A stretch of 63,289 nucleotides of DNA, counting the filler, from Saprolegnia diclina VS20 (taxonomy: Eukaryota): assembly GCF_000281045.1 (NCBI RefSeq). It is 4 parts of 2 records of this genome, joined end to end, with 100 filler letters (N's around TTAATTAATTAA, not from the genome) between each part and the next. Parts side by side here need not be neighbours in the genome. Positions count along the whole stretch, not along the records: positions 32,164 to 62,189 come from NW_008246069.1; positions 62,290 to 63,289 come from NW_008246070.1; 2 more parts are not named here. One strand, given 5' to 3'. The stretch's first letter is position 1. Each line of letters begins with the position of its first letter. Shown piece by piece: positions 58,601-63,289 of the stretch. The notes below the pieces were generated by a model. That model saw only the letters and a list, made by a program, of their open reading frames with translations, searched no databases and was not told the DNA's origin. Both the position numbers and the translations under genes were made by a program.

Positions 58601-59339
58601 GAAAGAGACGTGGGCCTTCTCGACCAAAGAGCTCGGCGCCGCGATCCACGATACGTTCGATACGCTCCACTCGCTCTTTGGCGAGGACTTTCGCTACGCC
58701 GACGCCGACCAGACCGCGCTCTTTATGCAGATGAAGGAAGCGTTCCGGCTTGCAGACACCGACTGCTCGGGCGAGATCGACGCAGATGAGGTCAAGACGA
58801 TGCTGCAGCACGTCTTTCGGCAGTCGGGCGCGATGAAGATCGACGAGATCGACGAGTACGTAGCCGACTTTATGGAGATCGTCGACAAGGACAAGAGCGG
58901 CAAGGTGTCGTTCGAGGAGTTTATGGAAGCGCTCGAGAACGGCCTCAAGCTTGAAGTCGAAGTCTTTCAGCACCGTGCCCCCGATATTCCGACGCCGGGT
59001 CTGCACCGAACCGTGTTGGCACCGATCAACGAAGCGTCCGTGACCGTCGACGTCCTCGACGTCATTCCAGTCTTGTCGCCTGGTGCCGACAACTCGACGG
59101 CGCCGATGCCGGTCGAGGAAGCTTTGTGCCGCGCCCACGACATTTTGGACGTCGAGACGTTTTCGCTGCTGGAAGCGGCCGCCACGATGCGCCGGTCGTA
59201 CGCCGCGTGGCTCATGGAAAACAACCGGTTTGAAAACGTCTCGATGGAAGAACTCCTGCTCCTCAGCTGCCTCATCAGCGGCGTCTCCGGTATCGCGCGC
59301 AACCTCGCGCTTCTCGAAGAAATGACGGTCCAGCAGTAG
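55642..59339 (+). CDS. ArAE/FUSC/ALMT-clan EF-hand protein, paralog C
   Basis: Colinear with paralog A with the same intron positions. EF loops DTDCSGEIDADE and DKDKSGKVSFEE; identical C-terminus LALLEEMTVQQ. Confidence 0.8.
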
Positions 59340-59945
59340 AGAATCTAGTGTCAACTATACTTATAAGAGCNNNNNNNNNNNNNNNNNNNNNNNNNNNNNN
59401 NNNNNNNNNNNNNNNNNNNNNNNNNNNNNNNNNNNNNNNNNNNNNNNNNNNNNNNNNNNNNNNNNNNNNNNNNNNNNNNNNNNNNNNNNNNNNNNNNNNN
59501 NNNNNNNNNNNNNNNNNNNNNNNNNNNNNNNNNNNNNTGCGTATCCCATTGGCTGAGGCATATCAAGCGCTTTCTAACACTTCATTCTTTCGCGCACTTT
59601 TGCACGCGTTGTCGACGTCCAATGACGACGCGAGTGGGAGCGCTCTGCTCACCAAAGCGGCCTTTATCAATTAGCAACGTTAATGCGCGTGCGTAAAAAA
59701 CTGGATGGTGGCCCTCGCCGCCCCATGGATCGCGTGCGGCCTGCATCATGTCGCCTCTGATTGGCCAAAAACAATTCGAGCGGACCAATCCAATCGTTTG
59801 AAAACGGCAATCTTGGTGCGCCTCTGAATTCCCACGAGGCGACCCTCCGACACTCGACAAATTGTGCTGAGACGTTCAATACGACGTGAATTTCACAACG
59901 ATGGTACAATGCTGCTGGTCAAGCAGACATTTGGATCGTACTGCA

Positions 59946-60386
59946 CTAGTAGCCGCACCACTTCATGCCCGGGTTTTGGCACATGGAGGCGGGCGCCGAG
60001 CCAAAGCAGACGACACCGCCACTCGGTGTCGGCAAATAGCAGCCGTTGCAAAAGCCCTCGGCCGAGCAGCCCGAGGATGCGCGTCCCGGAGGACACTTGC
60101 AGTCGGGCGAATTCTTTGGCGGTGGCGCCGTCGTCGGGGCCGGCGTCGGGGGTGGCGTAAAGATAAACGGCGGTAGTGTTGTCGTCGTTGGTGCCGGCGC
60201 CGCACCCTTGGGCGTCCACGTCCCGTAGCGGTTTTCGCAAAAGATGCTGCCGATGCTCGGGTTGTAGATCGTGCACACGGAGGACGCGGCGTCCCACGTG
60301 CCGGTGCAGGTCGCCGCCGAGACTTGGTCCATGACGTTGCTGCACGTGCCAGACTTGGAGATGTAGGTCGACGAGCTACCACCCAT
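59946..60386 (-). CDS. Small Cys-rich protein: two Cys modules separated by a P/T linker
   Basis: 146 aa; PAPTTTTLPP linker; C-terminal CNGCY...C......C....WCG module. Confidence 0.7.
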   Translation of the reverse strand: MGGSSSTYISKSGTCSNVMDQVSAATCTGTWDAASSVCTIYNPSIGSIFCENRYGTWTPKGAAPAPTTTTLPPFIFTPPPTPAPTTAPPPKNSPDCKCPPGRASSGCSAEGFCNGCYLPTPSGGVVCFGSAPASMCQNPGMKWCGY

Positions 60387-61242
60387 GATTGTTGACGGTG
60401 TTGTGTGCTCTGGGGCGAATTGGGATCTGAGCTAGCAGGTGCATGGACCGATATTGGAGCTAGACTACAAAACACGAAACCACAACGGCTGCGTGACCAT
60501 AGTCAACGATACTATAAGCAATCTATCGAAGCTCAAGAACGACTGTGGTTGGCCACGAGCCGTTGCGTTGGAACATCACCAAGCGACGCGTCTCGTCGAG
60601 TCGACGCGAGGGCTGCACCAGCAATGTACACCAAGTCGTTTATTCGGGTGCATTTACGGCAGGTGCTGCATGTACTTGACTTCTTCTTTGTGCAAGTTCT
60701 TTTGGTGTGCTCCTCCACTGACGTCGTTTACCGATTTGTCGCTGGGTAAAATGCTGCTTATTTACCCATACTCAACAGCTTCACGACGACCAAATGTGTG
60801 TGTGACAGCAAGCGACGGGAGAGTCGCTCGCTGGCGGCGCATGTCTCGGCGACTGCGTGACTGGAATCGATCACGCCAATNNNNNNNNNNNNNNNNNNNN
60901 NNNNNNNNNNNNNNNNNNNNNNNNNNNNNNNNNNNNNNNNNNNNNNNNNNNNNNNNNNNNNNNNNNNNNNNNNNNNNNNNNNNNNNNNNNNNNNNNNNNN
61001 NNNNNNNNNNNNNNNNNNNNNNNNNNNNNNNNNNNNNNNNNNNNNNNNNNNNCGGCGACTGCGTGACTGGAATCGATCACGCCAATCGCCAACCCCAGAC
61101 ACAGTGTCCACAAGCAAAGGCTACGAGCGACACCATATGCATGGACAACAGCAGGTCTATATTCTGGAAAACGTCCGCCGCCGTCTGGTCCACACAAACG
61201 GGGCCACTCAGCAATCCACATTTAGAAAAACACCATTCCCTC

Positions 61243-61707
61243 ATGACGTGGGTCTGCTGTTCCTTTGACCAACTCTCGGCGTCGACCTTGTACGACATTC
61301 TACACCTGCGCTGTCAAATCTTTGTCGTCGGTCAAAAGAGCGCGTACTTGGATCTCGACCACGTCGACAAGCGCTGTCTGCACCTCTTCAACGTCTCGGA
61401 GAAGGGCAATGTCGTCGCCTACGCGCGGCTCCTCGGGCCAGGCGCCAAACACGACTCGCAGCGGCGACCAATGATCGGACGCGTCCTCACGGCGCCCGAT
61501 GCGCGCGGCAAAGGCCTCGGAAAGGCGCTCGTCCGGCGCGCGATCGTCGAGTGCAGTGCGCGGTGGCCTCGTGACGCGATTGAGATCGGCGCGCAGTCGT
61601 ATTTGCGATCGTTTTACGAAGATTTTGGCTTCCGCGTCACGTCAGCACCGTACATACACTATACCGTCGAGCACGTGGACATGGTCCGCGATGTCTCGGC
61701 CGAGTAG
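61243..61707 (+). CDS. ElaA-type GNAT acetyltransferase, copy 3 (diverged)
   Basis: MTWVCCSF..LYDILHLR..FVVGQ..YLDLD; IGRVLTAPDARGKGLGK; GAQSYL..FY..FGF. Confidence 0.88.
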   Translation: MTWVCCSFDQLSASTLYDILHLRCQIFVVGQKSAYLDLDHVDKRCLHLFNVSEKGNVVAYARLLGPGAKHDSQRRPMIGRVLTAPDARGKGLGKALVRRAIVECSARWPRDAIEIGAQSYLRSFYEDFGFRVTSAPYIHYTVEHVDMVRDVSAE

Positions 61708-61788
61708 ACGTCGATTGGGAATATCCCCTGCCTCTCAATGAATCGAGTTGTGTGCTTCAATCAAAGCGAAATCAAAGCAAGGCATAAA

Positions 61789-62007
61789 TTACCAAGGGAT
61801 GCTCGAGATACCTTTGTCGAGGTTGCCCAAAAGGTGGAGGCCACAGTCGATCACGCCGGTTTGCTTCTTGACAGTGACGCTCTGGACCTCGAACTTCGCC
61901 TGGTGGTCTTGCGTGCAGCAGCGACGGAATCTGGCATTGGCGTTGCCAGGCATGGAATTATGGATGCAGGCAATCCTGTCTTCAAAGACCTCGAGCCAAA
62001 AGTGAAA
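61789..62007 (-). pseudogene. Ulp1/SENP (clan CE, C48-like) cysteine protease fragment
   Basis: Hand translation FHFWLEVFEDRIACIHNSM...KKQTGVIDCGLHLLGNL shows the H...N/D...Q-x5-C order. Not in the ORF track. Confidence 0.5.
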
Positions 62008-62189
62008 TCTAAGGGAAAAATTAGTTTCTCGGCTGAGAGATTAACTAGGGTCCGGGGGAGTGGGCTGGTAGGAACGATGAAATCATATGGATTACTGGTA
62101 TGTATTTTAGTTGGTGCTAGGCAGACGACCTTGTTGGTGCAACGATTGGCGGAGGCGAGTAGCTTCGGGTGTTGGGGGGTCGATATCGA

Positions 62190-62289
62190 NNNNNNNNNNN
62201 NNNNNNNNNNNNNNNNNNNNNNNNNNNNNNNNNTTAATTAATTAANNNNNNNNNNNNNNNNNNNNNNNNNNNNNNNNNNNNNNNNNNNN
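62190..62289. other. Artificial contig spacer
   Basis: 44 N + TTAATTAATTAA + 44 N. Confidence 0.95.
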
Positions 62290-63289
62290 GTGTACTCGAG
62301 CGCACTCATGTCCCTCGTCGCACTCGCGGTATTCGCGGCGGCCATGCGCGAGAAGTTGCAAGTCACCGGCATCGACCTCGTTGCGTTTCACCGCGTCGCG
62401 AGTCCCACGTGGGTCGGTCGCCCGTTCCTCCTTTTGCGGGGCGTCGTCGCGCTCACGGTGCTCTCGACGTCGCCCGTCGCCTTTGTCGCGGACGACAGCA
62501 TCGCGCGCTTCGTGTTTGAGCCGCGTCCGGCCTTCGATGTCATGGTGCTCGCCAGCGAAGCGAGTTGGATCACGTACGTCGTCGTCGACCTGTTCTTGCC
62601 AACGGCCGAGAGCCACGCTCGCCTCTATGCACCGATTAGCGCCATCGCGTCGTGGTGGGTCTTTGTACTGTGGGAAACCATATGCCCCTTCGAAGCATCC
62701 ATGCACGTGCAGCAGACGTGCCGCGTCGTGCAGCTGGGGCTTCGCGCTACGTGCTCGGGTGGCGTGGTGCAGATTGGCAGCGCACAGCGCCTCATTCTCT
62801 ATCTTTGTCTGAGTTTGCTGAGCATCCTCGGCGCGTGGCTGCTCGTGCGTCTCTGGTGCGGCGCCGAGTGTCGACCCCGATGCCGCCAAAGTGAGCTGCT
62901 GCCCGCGGCCGCTCAGATCTTTCTCCTCACGGCTGCGCGTCCGCTGTGGTTTCAAGACCCGACGACGACGCTCCTCGCTGGTATCGTTCCGGTCCGGCAC
63001 CGCTTCTTCCATGTCAACCTCTGGCAATTCGTGCGCCTCAACCCGTTGCAGCTCACATCTTTGCACCCGAAAGCAAGAACGACCAAGATCCCAGCCACGC
63101 AGCGTCGACGAACGACAACGACGGTTCTTGGCATCATCTATGTGCTCTTGTCTGTCGGCGGCAGCTTCACGTATATCTACCTCTCGTCGAACGCCATGAC
63201 CAACGACTTTTGGTGGGCCAACTTTAACGCAAGTGGCCACCAGACCTTTCTGACAAATTGGTTCACGCAGCAGCTGCAAGGCAGCAACA
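62290..63289 (+). CDS. Internal fragment of a second giant repeat-module membrane protein (same family as 28700-32063)
   Basis: Hand translation, open at both ends: VTGIDLVAFHRVASPTWVGRPFLLLRG...LASEASWITY...TCSGGVVQIGS...MTNDFWWANFNASGHQTFLTNW. Confidence 0.85.
   Translation, partial: MYSSALMSLVALAVFAAAMREKLQVTGIDLVAFHRVASPTWVGRPFLLLRGVVALTVLSTSPVAFVADDSIARFVFEPRPAFDVMVLASEASWITYVVVDLFLPTAESHARLYAPISAIASWWVFVLWETICPFEASMHVQQTCRVVQLGLRATCSGGVVQIGSAQRLILYLCLSLLSILGAWLLVRLWCGAECRPRCRQSELLPAAAQIFLLTAARPLWFQDPTTTLLAGIVPVRHRFFHVNLWQFVRLNPLQLTSLHPKARTTKIPATQRRRTTTTVLGIIYVLLSVGGSFTYIYLSSNAMTNDFWWANFNASGHQTFLTNWFTQQLQGSN

Noticed and set aside
60847..61086. 34-bp direct repeat on both sides of an N gap, and the 422-aa ORF 60439-61707 spanning it
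   Set aside because: Typical overlapping contig ends; only the last 154 aa (ElaA) are supported as coding
16091..62289. Palindromic TTAATTAATTAA 12-mer occurring three times inside N runs
   Set aside because: Always centred in exactly 44+44 N and encodes six-frame stops, so it is an assembly linker. Gene neighbourhoods across these points are unreliable
998..63279. Long antisense ORFs (e.g. 998-2668, 14156-15622, 34228-35685, 42958-44451, 52773-53729, 57738-59354, 62242-63279)
   Set aside because: Shadows of real genes produced by high GC3 codon bias; translations show no recognisable motifs
1..63289. CRISPR arrays, rRNA, tRNA or prokaryotic operons
   Set aside because: None seen; sequence is eukaryotic with spliceosomal introns, and its repeats are coding low-complexity or paralogy

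Overview
Eukaryotic, GC-rich, gene-dense draft-genome sequence from an oomycete, most likely Saprolegniales (Saprolegnia/Achlya-like). This is inferred from short ~40-60 nt GT-AG introns, oomycete INR+FPR core promoters, CCAAT boxes and two members of a large multi-TM family typical of water moulds. Three 100-nt spacers (44 N + TTAATTAATTAA + 44 N at 16091, 32064, 62190) are artificial joins, so the window is really four pieces whose adjacency is unproven. Piece 1 has four half-size ABCG transporters, a membrane-anchored TrmO tRNA methyltransferase, a secreted tyrosinase and a GPI-mucin tail. Piece 2 has a GIN-domain-like membrane protein, a coiled-coil protein, a SAM methyltransferase, a small beta-rich orphan, a plant-type Med15/KIX protein, an SGNH esterase and a giant repeat-module TM protein. 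Piece 3 has a stand-alone TAZ zinc finger, CAP, a CLAMP/CFAP119-like ciliary protein, thiolase and a CINP/C1orf109-like gene, followed by a ~21 kb block of locally duplicated genes: 3x ArAE/FUSC/ALMT-clan membrane proteins fused to EF-hand pairs, 2x Sec14 CRAL-TRIO/GOLD, 3x ElaA-type GNAT and 2x PhnP-like metallo-beta-lactamase. It ends with a Ulp1-like protease fragment absent from the ORF track. Piece 4 is another giant TM-family fragment. The best candidates for an undescribed system are the EF-hand-fused ArAE/ALMT-like exporters with their duplicated neighbours, and the giant modular TM family. All family calls come from motif recognition by eye; no database search was run. No rRNA, tRNA or CRISPR array was seen.
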